Shown here piece by piece: positions 9,921 through 20,320 of a DNA stretch of 36,481 nt; within the stretch, counting starts at the first letter, position 1; each line of letters begins with the position of its first letter. The notes beneath the pieces are model-generated. The model did not search any database, had not been told where the DNA came from, and saw only the letters and a list, made by a program, of their open reading frames with translations. The DNA comes from Pseudomonadota bacterium (GTDB lineage: Bacteria > Desulfobacterota > Desulfobacteria > Desulfobacterales > C00003106), in contig JAZDIE010000170.1 in NCBI GenBank assembly GCA_043805295.1, positions 1 to 36,481 of the forward strand, read 5' to 3'. The position numbers and the translations under genes are program-made.

Positions 9921-12227
9921 ATGGCTGCTGCTAACACACATGAATTCGAACTGGCTGCGCTTAAGCGCGAAATAGAATATCGCAAGCGTTATGAAGAGAT
10001 AACCAATAAAATTCACGCTGCAGACAATATAGACGAAATACTGCTGGACATCAAAGCAGATATATTGGAATTATTCAGCGCGGATCGTCTCACGATATAC
10101 GTGGTTGACGGCAGCAGGCGGGAGCTTGTCTCAAAGGTCATGTCCGGAAACGAGGTAAGTGAAATACGCGTGCCAATCTCAAATGCCAGCATCTCAGGTT
10201 ACGCTGCGGCCAGAAACACCATTGTCAACATAAAAAACGCCTACGACAAAGAAGAATTATCTGGCATTGACGCTAATCTCAAGTTTGACGCCGAATGGGA
10301 TAAAAAAACAGGCTATTGCACAAGACAAGTGCTCGCAGTGCCGGTTGTGCATGGGAGGTATGTCCTGGGCGCCATACAGGCTATCAACAAAAAGCACCTG
10401 ATTCCCGATCCTTTTACTGCTGCGGATTCAGAATCGCTTCTCGATGTAGCAAAAACCCTTGGAATCGCGATTTTTAATCAAAAAAGGATGGGCAAGACTA
10501 GGCCAACCAAATTCGATTATCTTCTGGAACAAAACCTTATCACGCGCAAGGAACTTGACCTGGCGATAGATGAAGCCCGCAAGCTGGATACGGATATTGA
10601 ATCCATATTAATTAAAAATTATAAGATATACCGGCAGGATATCGGAAAGTCTTTAAGTAATTACTATAAAATCCCATTTGAGCAGTATAATGATCGCTCA
10701 CCCATACCATCAGATTTACTATCCGATATGAAAGCGAGTTTCCTGAGAAGTAACAACTGGGTTCCTATCCGCAAGTCTGAAGAAAAAATAGTTGTAGCTA
10801 TAGACGATCCATTCCACTTACAAAAAATAGACACGATCAAATCGCTCTTTCCTCCTGGCCAACAATTCGCGTTCCACGTCGCTCTCAAAGACGACATTGA
10901 AAAATACATCAATCTTTTTTTCTCAGGCACAACTGCCGGCCAGGCATCCATGGCTGATATCATGGCAAGGCTGGAGTCTGATCCTGACCAGGGTGAAGAC
11001 ATTGATGATATGATCAGCGAGCAGGACAACGCAATAGTGCAACTTGTAAACAAGCTCATCCACGACGCTTACTTTAGAGGGGCTTCTGATATACATATCG
11101 AGCCGTATCCAGGTAGGCGAGACGCGGCGGTTCGCTTCCGTATCGACGGCGCGTGCGTAGTCTACCAAAAGGTGCCGTACAACTACCGGAGCGCGATCGT
11201 GTCGCGGATCAAAATCATGGCTAATCTGGATATAGCGGAGCGGCGTAAACCGCAGGACGGCAAAATTAAATTCAAAAAATACGGCGGACTGGACATTGAG
11301 CTGCGTATCGCAACCATTCCTACATCAGGCGGACTGGAGGATGTGGTGCTAAGAATACTTGCCGCAGGCGAACCTATCCGGCTTGACCAGATCGGGTTTT
11401 CCCGTGCAAACTACGAGAAGTTTTTAGGCATTATCACAAAACCGTACGGGATCATATTCGTGTGCGGCCCGACCGGCTCTGGCAAGACTACCACTCTGCA
11501 TTCCGCGCTTGGTCAAATCAACACTACGGAAATCAAGATATGGACTGCTGAAGACCCGGTCGAAATCACCCAATTCGGCCTTAGACAGGTACAGGTTGAT
11601 TCAAAGATCGGATTCAACTTTGCCATAGCCATGCGAGCATTTCTGAGGGCCGACCCTGATGTCATCATGGTAGGCGAGATGCGTGACAAGGAGACCACGC
11701 ATATAGGGATTGAGGCCTCTTTGACCGGCCATCTTGTATTTTCCACGCTTCATACAAACAGCGCTCCTGAAAGCATCACGCGGCTCCTCGATATGGGGAT
11801 GGACCCCTTCAATTTTGCCGACGCTATTCTTGGCATACTGGCTCAACGCCTGGTAAGGACACTGTGTAAAAGCTGCAAAAAACCGTATAATCCAACCAGG
11901 AAGGAGTATGATGAACTGGTGCATGAATACGGCGAAGAGTCGTTTCACAACAACTTGAATATATCTTATTCAAAAGAGTTGGTACTGCATAAACCTGAAG
12001 GATGCCCCCAATGCAACAATACAGGATACAGGGGGCGCATGGGGATCCATGAACTTTTGATGGGGACAGATTCTATGAAAAATCTAATCCAGCAAAAGGC
12101 ACAGATGGATGTTATCAGGGAACAGGCCATAAAAGACAGCATGACCACATTAAAGCAGGACGGCATTGAAAAAATTTTCACTGGTTATACCGACCTGTTA
12201 AACGTAAGAAAAGTCTGTATCAAGTAA
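9921..12227 (+). CDS. GspE/PilB-family secretion ATPase with an N-terminal GAF domain and a T2SSE_N (MshEN-like) domain
   Basis: The C-terminal half has Walker A GPTGSGKTTT, Walker B/Asp box IMVGEMRD, His box GHLVFSTLHTN and the tetracysteine motif CKSCKK..CPQCNNTGYRGR. The middle has a T2SSE_N-like segment (LITRKELDLAIDEARK..). The N-terminal ~180 aa look like a GAF fold (DRLTIYVVD..ELVSKV..GYAA..VLAVPV..GAIQAINK). The SD AAGGGGGG precedes ATG 9921. Confidence 0.85.
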   Translation: MAAANTHEFELAALKREIEYRKRYEEITNKIHAADNIDEILLDIKADILELFSADRLTIYVVDGSRRELVSKVMSGNEVSEIRVPISNASISGYAAARNTIVNIKNAYDKEELSGIDANLKFDAEWDKKTGYCTRQVLAVPVVHGRYVLGAIQAINKKHLIPDPFTAADSESLLDVAKTLGIAIFNQKRMGKTRPTKFDYLLEQNLITRKELDLAIDEARKLDTDIESILIKNYKIYRQDIGKSLSNYYKIPFEQYNDRSPIPSDLLSDMKASFLRSNNWVPIRKSEEKIVVAIDDPFHLQKIDTIKSLFPPGQQFAFHVALKDDIEKYINLFFSGTTAGQASMADIMARLESDPDQGEDIDDMISEQDNAIVQLVNKLIHDAYFRGASDIHIEPYPGRRDAAVRFRIDGACVVYQKVPYNYRSAIVSRIKIMANLDIAERRKPQDGKIKFKKYGGLDIELRIATIPTSGGLEDVVLRILAAGEPIRLDQIGFSRANYEKFLGIITKPYGIIFVCGPTGSGKTTTLHSALGQINTTEIKIWTAEDPVEITQFGLRQVQVDSKIGFNFAIAMRAFLRADPDVIMVGEMRDKETTHIGIEASLTGHLVFSTLHTNSAPESITRLLDMGMDPFNFADAILGILAQRLVRTLCKSCKKPYNPTRKEYDELVHEYGEESFHNNLNISYSKELVLHKPEGCPQCNNTGYRGRMGIHELLMGTDSMKNLIQQKAQMDVIREQAIKDSMTTLKQDGIEKIFTGYTDLLNVRKVCIK

Positions 12228-12248
12228 TCCGTAAACCGTTCACGGATT
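12226..12248. terminator. Hairpin between convergent genes (possible bidirectional terminator)
   Basis: AATCCGT (12226-12232) pairs with ACGGATT (12242-12248) around a 9-nt loop. The hairpin overlaps both stop codons, and there is no strong U-tract. Confidence 0.4.
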
Positions 12249-14014
12249 CAGTGTTTAGATCGGAGCCTTTCAATGGCCTCAACTACTATACGCTCAGGCT
12301 CGGAGAGGTCTCCTCGCGGCAAACTATGCTTTTCCTTGTACCATGCCTGACGGCGAAAATAGTCTCTTAGATCAGGGGTGTTAAATGAATGCCCCTGTCT
12401 TGCAAACACCTCGTTTTGCAATATACGAAGATCTTCCTTTGAGGCATTTGCAAAATTCTGGTAGCGGGTATCAAAAAGGTAGGCAAGGTCTTTGTTCCTT
12501 TTGACGCCTTCAATATCAACGCCGGACATTACAAGAACCTCTGTCAAAGTAACCTTTATAACAGGCCGCTTGTCAGAAACCAGCGCTGGGGTTTGTTTCG
12601 GAGTTATAACTGGAGCTTGCTTTATGGTTAGAGCCAGCTTAGGTTTTGGTGTTAAAACCGGTGTTGGTTTTAAGGTTATATCTGGTTTAGGCTTCAAATC
12701 TTGCTGTTGCGGTTCCGCCAGCGCGCCATCCTGTTTTAACAGCGATAATTCATCCAGCCTCTCCCGTGCGGCCATAGCATTAGGATGGTTCTTGCCAAAG
12801 ATATCTTCCTGCAACGCAATGATACGATAATATATAGGAAACGCTTTGTCATAGTTTTTCTGGCTGACATAAACGCTTGCCAAATTATTCAGTGTCTCCA
12901 AAACATTCGGATGAGATTTTCCTAATTCCTTATCCCCTATTTTTAAGGCGCGTTTGTAAAGTTCTTCTGCTTTGTCATTCTCACTGCGGGCGCTATAAAG
13001 ACGGCCAAGGTTATTTAAAAAAATAGCGGTAGTTTCCTGATCTTTATCAGAAGCCCCCTCATCAACCATCTTCAGCGTACGATCAAGCAAAGCAAACGCC
13101 TTTGAATTATCTTTCTTGGCATAAAAAAGCACCGCGAGATTATTAGTGGCAATCAAAGTATCAACATGTGTAGGGCCAAGCGATTTCACTAAAATAGCCA
13201 GCGCCCTTTCATAATAAGGGGTTGCCTCATCAAATTTCCCTCTCGTATAATAATGACGTCCCAGATTGCTTAGAGTAGACGCTGTATTGGGATGATCTGA
13301 ACCAAGCTTCTTTTCTTCAATAGAGAGGGATCGCTTGTATAATTTTTCGGCTTCATCATATTTACCCTGGCTGTCACATACCTGGGCGAGATCATTAAGT
13401 GTCGCTGCAATGTTTGGATGATCCGCCCCCGCCAGCTTTTCTTCGATGTCCAGTGCTCGTCTGTATAAACGTTCAGCCTCTTTAAAATCTCCTTTAAAAG
13501 TATAATATACCCCTGCCAGACCGCGCACAATAGATATAACCCCACTCGGATCGCTTTGCTGATGCTTTTCAAGAATTCCCAATGCCTGCTTATACAAAAC
13601 AACCGCATCGTCATATTTGCCCATCTCAACAAAAAGCCTTGAGCGTCCTTCCAGAATTTTTGCCACATCAGGATGATCCTGGCCAAGGCTCCTTCTGGCA
13701 GAGGCAATAGCCTCGTCATACCAGCGCACAGCTTCTGTATAGTCACCAAGAACAGAATGAAGGAAACCAAGATTATTTAGCGATATCCAGCTATCCTTGT
13801 TTTCAGCGCCAAGCTGCTCTTTTGCCTTAATGGCCGCTTCTTTAGCAGCCTTTAAAGCGCCCTGATAATTACCTTCGTCATACAAACGAACAGCTTGGAC
13901 GTTCAGTTCATCCCACGCGGCAGGCACTTTATCGCATCCGCAAAAAGCAAGACAGAGCGATAAGAAAGCAAGACAACACATTATGTTAATTGTTCGACTC
14001 ATCAAAACCTGCAT
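12248..14014 (-). CDS. TPR-repeat (TPR_10/12-like) protein with a signal/lipoprotein-like N-terminus, Pro/Lys-rich linker and C-terminal YARHG domain
   Basis: There are many repeats of the form A..LNNLA.LY..QGKYDEAE.LY.RAL.I. The N-terminus MCCLAFLSLCLAFCGC looks like a signal peptide. The linker is KPKPDITLKPTPVLTPKPK. The C-terminus NEVFARQGHSFNTPDLRDYFRRQAWY resembles YARHG. The SD AGGAG sits 6 nt before ATG 14014. Confidence 0.8.
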   Translation of the reverse strand: MQVLMSRTINIMCCLAFLSLCLAFCGCDKVPAAWDELNVQAVRLYDEGNYQGALKAAKEAAIKAKEQLGAENKDSWISLNNLGFLHSVLGDYTEAVRWYDEAIASARRSLGQDHPDVAKILEGRSRLFVEMGKYDDAVVLYKQALGILEKHQQSDPSGVISIVRGLAGVYYTFKGDFKEAERLYRRALDIEEKLAGADHPNIAATLNDLAQVCDSQGKYDEAEKLYKRSLSIEEKKLGSDHPNTASTLSNLGRHYYTRGKFDEATPYYERALAILVKSLGPTHVDTLIATNNLAVLFYAKKDNSKAFALLDRTLKMVDEGASDKDQETTAIFLNNLGRLYSARSENDKAEELYKRALKIGDKELGKSHPNVLETLNNLASVYVSQKNYDKAFPIYYRIIALQEDIFGKNHPNAMAARERLDELSLLKQDGALAEPQQQDLKPKPDITLKPTPVLTPKPKLALTIKQAPVITPKQTPALVSDKRPVIKVTLTEVLVMSGVDIEGVKRNKDLAYLFDTRYQNFANASKEDLRILQNEVFARQGHSFNTPDLRDYFRRQAWYKEKHSLPRGDLSEPERIVVEAIERLRSKH

Positions 14015-14124
14015 TTATTCTCCTAAAACGACTCAAACTTTTCCCGTCCCCTGGACGGCTATAAAATTCCAGTTTACTTATATCAGAAAGTATGAAATAT
14101 TTTCCTATAAGGCAAGGAAGAATA

Positions 14125-14766
14125 ATGATCGACTTCCATACTCATACAGTATTCAGCGACGGCGTACTTATACCAGCAGAGCTTATACAAAGAGCGGAGA
14201 TATGCGGATACCGCGCAATAGGAATCTCCGATCATGTTGATGCCTCTAATATAGACCATGTTATCCCAAGAATCGTAAAAGTCGCAGAGACGTTAAACAG
14301 TGTACATGCCATCAAAACAATCCCTTGCGCAGAGTTAACTCACATCCCCCCTTCCCAGATTGCCTCTTTAGCGCAAGAGGCTAGATCATTGGGCGCTCAA
14401 GTGGTGATAGTTCATGGTGAAACCATAGCAGAACCTGTGGCAGTAGGCACAAACCGCGCTGCGCTCAACGCCCGAATCAATATCCTGGCGCATCCAGGGC
14501 TAATCTCGCAAGAAGAAGCGGAAATGGCAGCGCACGCAGGCATTTTCCTGGAGATAACTGCTAGAAAATGCCACAGCCTTACAAATGGACATGTCGCAAG
14601 GATGGCAAAGTTAACAGGCGCGCGTCTTATCTTAAGCTCAGATACTCACGCTCCTTCTGACTTGCTAACCGACCAATTCGGAGAGATGGTAGTGCTCGGA
14701 GCAGGGCTTGATCCTGAAGATTTCAAGCTAATGCAAAAAAATGCCATGGTATTAGCTAACCTATAA
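14125..14766 (+). CDS. PHP-domain (histidinol-phosphatase-like) metal-dependent phosphoesterase
   Basis: MIDFHTHTVFSDG..AIGISDHVD..HGE..SSDTH are PHP motifs. The SD AAGGAAG precedes ATG 14125, and the ORF-track start at 14092 has no comparable ribosome-binding site. Confidence 0.78.
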   Translation: MIDFHTHTVFSDGVLIPAELIQRAEICGYRAIGISDHVDASNIDHVIPRIVKVAETLNSVHAIKTIPCAELTHIPPSQIASLAQEARSLGAQVVIVHGETIAEPVAVGTNRAALNARINILAHPGLISQEEAEMAAHAGIFLEITARKCHSLTNGHVARMAKLTGARLILSSDTHAPSDLLTDQFGEMVVLGAGLDPEDFKLMQKNAMVLANL

Positions 14767-14767
14767 A

Positions 14768-14797
14768 GTAACTATTCAGGCTTCCTCCTTCAGCCTA
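14768..14797. repeat. CTGAAGG / CACCTGAATAG family, locus 4
   Basis: GTAACTATTCAGGCTTCCTCCTTCAGCCTAT. It overlaps the queH stop codon (14795-14797). Confidence 0.6.
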
Positions 14798-15322
14798 TTT
14801 TTTATATCGCTCCTTTTCGCTATATATGCATCCACAATATTGTTGTCTGTACATATTGAGTTGTTTTGATATCTCTATCCCTTCCTTCCACCCTTTCCGG
14901 AAATCCCTGTACATAAATTCAATAGAGTATTCTTTTGCCAGACTATTTCCTATAGACTTTATCAGGTCGTGCTTCTGAAACCTGCTGTATAACAACGTAG
15001 TAGTAAACGCATCATACCCTTCTCTTTGAGCAAGGGAAGCGGTATGTTTCAGACGATGGTAGTAGCAATAATAACATCGGTCTTGCTCTCTAAAAACCAC
15101 ATTCCGCAAAAAACCCTCAATATCGTAATCCTCGTCAAGTATAGCAGGAAGGTCTATTTGTGCGGCATACTCCCTGAACGTATCAAGACGGAGCAAATAT
15201 TCCTGGTAGGGATGAATATTGTGATTTAAAAAAAAACCTGTTATCTCGTGCGACTCAGAACGAAGCGCCTTTACGCAATATATGCTGCAAGGCGCACAGC
15301 ATATATGCAGAAGCGCCTTCAT
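14795..15322 (-). CDS. queH: Epoxyqueuosine reductase QueH (DUF208)
   Basis: The N-terminal LLHICCAPCS motif, later Cys residues (CYYC, CGC) and the ~175 aa size are characteristic of QueH. Confidence 0.82.
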   Translation of the reverse strand: MKALLHICCAPCSIYCVKALRSESHEITGFFLNHNIHPYQEYLLRLDTFREYAAQIDLPAILDEDYDIEGFLRNVVFREQDRCYYCYYHRLKHTASLAQREGYDAFTTTLLYSRFQKHDLIKSIGNSLAKEYSIEFMYRDFRKGWKEGIEISKQLNMYRQQYCGCIYSEKERYKK

Positions 15323-15328
15323 AAAAAT

Positions 15329-16024
15329 TTATCCTCTGCTTCCAAACAACACCGTGCCTATTCTTACCATAGTAGCGCCCTCTTCTATTGCTGTCTCAAA
15401 ATCAGCGCTCATACCCATAGAGAGTTCTTTCATAAAAATATTCGGGATCGCCTCTTCCTGCACCCTCCTTTGGAGCGCCCTCAATGCACGAAAATACGGG
15501 CGTATTTGGTCAGGAAGGTCAAGGTATGGGGGTATTGCCATAAGCCCCTGGACAGAAATGTTTTCAAAACAGGAAAGTTTCTTTGCCATAGGAATCAGCT
15601 CTTCCTGGGGAATGCCTGATTTTGATGCCTCCTCTCCTATGTTTACCTGAATCAAGACAGCAAGGCGCCTTTTAGCCTTCCTGGCCTCGCTATCCAGCTC
15701 TTGAGCTAAGCGAACACTTGCTACCGACTCTATCATATCAAACAGTCTGGCGGCGTACTTTGCCTTATTGGTCTGAAGATGACCTATAAAATGCCATATA
15801 GCTGAATCCCTTCCGACCTCGTCTATTTTAGACCTTGCCTCCTGGATATAGCTCTCGCCAAGGATACTTACCCCAGCTCTTATGGCCGTATTGATCCTTT
15901 CTGCCGGCACATACTTTGTAACCGCAACAAGCGCAATTTCCTGCGGCTTCCTACCCGCTCTGACAGCGGCCTGCGCAATCCTTTGTCTTACATGTTCAAT
16001 ATTTTTAAGGATGTCTTCAGTCAT
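15329..16024 (-). CDS. yggS: YggS-family pyridoxal-phosphate homeostasis protein
   Basis: VAVTKY (PLP lysine), GESYIQEA, WHFIGHLQTNK, LSMGMSADFE.AIEEGATMVRIG. The start overlaps the maf stop in an ATGA arrangement. Confidence 0.92.
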   Translation of the reverse strand: MTEDILKNIEHVRQRIAQAAVRAGRKPQEIALVAVTKYVPAERINTAIRAGVSILGESYIQEARSKIDEVGRDSAIWHFIGHLQTNKAKYAARLFDMIESVASVRLAQELDSEARKAKRRLAVLIQVNIGEEASKSGIPQEELIPMAKKLSCFENISVQGLMAIPPYLDLPDQIRPYFRALRALQRRVQEEAIPNIFMKELSMGMSADFETAIEEGATMVRIGTVLFGSRG

Positions 16025-16605
16025 TGCAGGTCAGCAAGAGCGGCAGCAAACATCTCCAACACTTCGGCAAGAGGAAGTCCCACCACGTTAGTATATGATC
16101 CCTCGACACATCTGATAAAGGACATTGCTTTGCCTTGCGCCGCATAAGCGCCGGCCTTATCAAAAGGCTCTCCTGTTGCGACATACCAATCTATCTCAGG
16201 GACTGAGATGTTTCTAAACGTAACCTTTGTCTCAACAATATCAGAATAGTTTTTATCAAGCCCATGATGTCTCAGGCAAAAGCCTGTTAATACAGTATGG
16301 GTAACGCCGCTTAGCCTAAAAATCATACTCTTGGCATGACCTTGATCTTTCGGTTTACCCAGGATCAATCCATCAATAACTACAACCGTGTCTGCCGCAA
16401 GCGCCCAGCTTTTTCCATTCCCAATAGCCACTTCGCTTGCTTTTAACAGGGCAAGTCGTTGTACGTGAGCTTTCGGAGATTCTTCGTTTATACGCGCCTC
16501 GTCAACACCACTTGGTTTAACTGTAAAAATAATCCCTGCTGATTTTAGTAGTTCCTGACGTCTGGGTGATGCTGAGGCTAGTATAAGTTCGGGTAATTGA
16601 AACAT
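16021..16605 (-). CDS. maf: Maf-like nucleoside-triphosphate pyrophosphatase
   Basis: LILASASPRRQELL, ADTVV, KAGAYAAQG. I chose ATG 16605 (MFQLPELILASASPRR). The ORF-track start at 16647 is a TTG that lies inside a strong plus-strand promoter motif. Confidence 0.85.
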   Translation of the reverse strand: MFQLPELILASASPRRQELLKSAGIIFTVKPSGVDEARINEESPKAHVQRLALLKASEVAIGNGKSWALAADTVVVIDGLILGKPKDQGHAKSMIFRLSGVTHTVLTGFCLRHHGLDKNYSDIVETKVTFRNISVPEIDWYVATGEPFDKAGAYAAQGKAMSFIRCVEGSYTNVVGLPLAEVLEMFAAALADLQ

Positions 16606-16640
16606 AAGGGGAATGGCTTGGCAATAGAGGTTGCAATATC

Positions 16641-16669
16641 TTGACAAAAATACGATGGAGAACTATAAG
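16641..16669 (+). promoter_or_regulatory. Candidate sigma70 promoter for tRNA-Leu
   Basis: TTGACA (16641-16646), a 17-nt spacer, then TATAAG (16664-16669), about 45 nt upstream of the tRNA 5' end. Confidence 0.5.
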
Positions 16670-16716
16670 ACTCGCATTACATTCGTTCGTTGTGATAAAA
16701 TAGATTTTTGATTTAT

Positions 16717-16801
16717 GCCTGGGTGGCGGAACTGGTAGACGCAAGGGACTTAAAATCCCTCGGGGCATAGCCCTGTACGAGTTCGATTCTCGTCCCAGGC
16801 A
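16717..16801 (+). tRNA. tRNA-Leu (anticodon UAA), class II with a long variable arm; CCA not encoded
   Basis: I folded it by hand. The acceptor stem is GCCTGGG/CCCAGGC. The anticodon arm is AGGGA-CTTAAAA-TCCCT, giving anticodon TAA. The variable arm is GGGGCATAGCCC. The T arm is ACGAG-TTCGATT-CTCGT, and the discriminator base is A. Confidence 0.9.
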
Positions 16802-16836
16802 CTTTACTACTTCACAAAAAGTGACAAAACCGGACT

Positions 16837-17010
16837 CTACTCGCCATCGGAAAGCTTCATAGATAAAACAGCAATCATAATAACCAACAGCAGCGCCTCG
16901 TAGACTGCCACAGCAGACCAGCTTTCCGCAAAGTATTGCACAAGTCCTCCGCCGACAATAGCCGGCACGCCAAAATCTATCCCTATGCCTATTTTTCTTG
17001 GAATGTTCAT
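16837..17010 (-). CDS. Small hypothetical membrane protein (57 aa), below the ORF-track size cutoff
   Basis: My translation is MNIPRKIGIGIDFGVPAIVGGGLVQYFAESWSAVAVYEALLLVIMIAVLSMKLSDGE. It has two hydrophobic segments, and the SD AGGAG lies 8 nt upstream of the ATG (17008-17010). Confidence 0.4.
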   Translation of the reverse strand: MNIPRKIGIGIDFGVPAIVGGGLVQYFAESWSAVAVYEALLLVIMIAVLSMKLSDGE

Positions 17011-17033
17011 TATCTCATCTCCTGTATCATTTT

Positions 17034-17126
17034 AGGTGGATAGACTGAAGGCTGAAGGCTATGAAGCATTTCACCATAATTTATCCCTAATAGCCTTCAG
17101 TCTTCAGCCTATCTACCTGAATAGTG
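17034..17126. repeat. Inverted pair of CTGAAGG / CACCTGAATAG units (potential ~30-bp-stem hairpin)
   Basis: The left unit is AGGTGGATAGACTGAAGGCTGAAGGCTAT (17034-17062). The right unit is ATAGCCTTCAGTCTTCAGCCTATCTACCTGAATAGTG (17090-17126). They are near-complementary and separated by 27 nt. Confidence 0.8.
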
Positions 17127-17192
17127 CTGATATCTCAATCTAAATAAATTGTAAAGAAAATTAAGGAAGGCGAAGGGTTTAATAGAAAGAGG

Positions 17193-17226
17193 GTTGCCAT
17201 GACAACCGTAAGGCTGTCATGGCAAC
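17193..17226 (-). terminator. Probable groESL terminator hairpin
   Basis: A perfect 12-bp stem, GTTGCCATGACA / TGTCATGGCAAC, with a 10-nt loop lies 26 nt downstream of the groEL stop. On the transcribed strand it is followed by CCTCTTTCTATT. Confidence 0.55.
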
Positions 17227-17251
17227 AATTCCACAAAGTGGAAAAAAAAGA

Positions 17252-18901
<1,650 letters not shown>

Positions 18902-18904
18902 TTA

Positions 18905-19192
18905 TTATTCAATAATTGCCAATATATCGTCTTCACGCATTACAAGATGCTCCACACCGTCCAGCTTAAACTCAGTGCCTGCATATTTTGCAAAAAGCAC
19001 TTTGTCTCCAGCTTTTACGTCAAGTGGCGTTTTCTTGCCATCCTTATCAACCTTGCCGGTGCCTACCGCTACCACCTTTCCCTTTTGGGGTTTTTCTTTT
19101 GCACTATCAGGAATGATGATTCCGCCTGAAGTCTTTTCGTCTTCTTCCATCCTAAGCACCAAAATTCGATCATTTAGTGGTCTTATCTTCAT
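18905..19192 (-). CDS. groES: Co-chaperonin GroES
   Basis: [44 protein letters not shown]. The SD AGGAGGGAG precedes ATG 19192. Confidence 0.96.
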   Translation of the reverse strand: MKIRPLNDRILVLRMEEDEKTSGGIIIPDSAKEKPQKGKVVAVGTGKVDKDGKKTPLDVKAGDKVLFAKYAGTEFKLDGVEHLVMREDDILAIIE

Positions 19193-19258
19193 ACAATACT
19201 CCCTCCTTTTTGTTGACAAACTAATTCATAGCCCTTTGATATTGTAAACTTGAACCTG

Positions 19259-20320
19259 CTATGGTTGCTGCTTCCCATCCCCCCTTTCTTCAGCCCCTAT
19301 TTCTTGCGGCTTTTCAGCAGGTCCTGTAATATCCTTAATTCCTTTCTCAACCAAGTCCTTTAACAAATTCGTTTCCACCATTACATAGAACTGAGATTCA
19401 GACGACTTGACTATAAAATTTCCTCCTTTTTCTTTGCTCTCTGCTCCTATAGTAATGGTATATGTCTTTTCCACCTTCTTTTGTGATGCCTTATCTTCAC
19501 CATCTTTTGCCGGTTCCTTGTTCTCTAAAGCAGTGCTCGTTGTCAAGGTTATCACTGCAACTGGCGACTTCATCCCAAAAGAGTCCTTCTCTTCCCTGCC
19601 AACAGGCTCATTTAACCTAATGGATGCCGCCTTATGCACCATCTCCTGCCACTCTTCAACCTTTAGCTTAAGCTCCTGCTTTGGTTCTTCAAAAATCCAT
19701 TCTTTTTGTTCGCCCCGTTTAAAAACCAACACACCTTTGCTATTCGTAATTGAAATACGTGTGATATCTTCTTCGTTTACAGAAAAATAGAGTGTGTCTA
19801 TCCACGCCGCAGGCTCTACGCCTGCTTCCCATATAGCAATATCTTTGGCAAGATAGACCTCTTTTTCAGACCCTGCCCTGACATGCGCTGTATTAGTACC
19901 GGAAGAAGACCCCATGTAAAGCGTATACGGCTCTTTTCCTTTTACAGTTTGAAAAATAATACGCCGTTCAAAATCCTTTTCAGACACCTTCAATCTTGTA
20001 TGGCTCGACTTGTTCCTTGCAACAAGAGGCTTGGTCTTAAGCTCGGTTAGTTTGGAAAGAAACGACGACACCTTGTTCTCAACCGCAGGATAACCGTCAA
20101 GCCCTGGAAGCATCCAGCCGCTATCCCCCTTTTTTATCTCTACATGCTTACTGCTGTTATCTTCAATATTAAGAGAAACAATCTCCTGCTGCTTTACGCC
20201 TGGAAATATATCTCCAGGTCCGGAATCAGCCTTCTTTTGCATTTGCGGCAAGAAAATACACGAAATCAAAACAACCTGAAAACAGAGAAGCGCTATCAAA
20301 GCCTGGTTCAACTTGTTCAT
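19259..20320 (-). CDS. Membrane-anchored protein, DUF4340-like partner of GldG-type ABC systems
   Basis: It has an N-terminal transmembrane segment (ALIALLCFQVVLISCIF). Its start overlaps the upstream permease stop (ATGA), indicating translational coupling. The family assignment rests on operon context and general architecture only. Confidence 0.55.
   Translation of the reverse strand: MNKLNQALIALLCFQVVLISCIFLPQMQKKADSGPGDIFPGVKQQEIVSLNIEDNSSKHVEIKKGDSGWMLPGLDGYPAVENKVSSFLSKLTELKTKPLVARNKSSHTRLKVSEKDFERRIIFQTVKGKEPYTLYMGSSSGTNTAHVRAGSEKEVYLAKDIAIWEAGVEPAAWIDTLYFSVNEEDITRISITNSKGVLVFKRGEQKEWIFEEPKQELKLKVEEWQEMVHKAASIRLNEPVGREEKDSFGMKSPVAVITLTTSTALENKEPAKDGEDKASQKKVEKTYTITIGAESKEKGGNFIVKSSESQFYVMVETNLLKDLVEKGIKDITGPAEKPQEIGAEERGDGKQQP

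Noticed and set aside
16802-17250. A genomic island or integrase at the tRNA-Leu 3' side.
   Set aside because: There is no integrase, no direct repeat of the tRNA 3' end and no foreign-looking genes. Only a small ORF and intergenic repeats separate the tRNA from groEL.
19193-19330. A CIRCE (HrcA operator) or sigma32 promoter upstream of groES.
   Set aside because: There is no TTAGCACTC-N9-GAGTGCTAA on either strand. The only sigma32-like fragments (GTTCAAG .. GGGCTATGA) are too degenerate to call.
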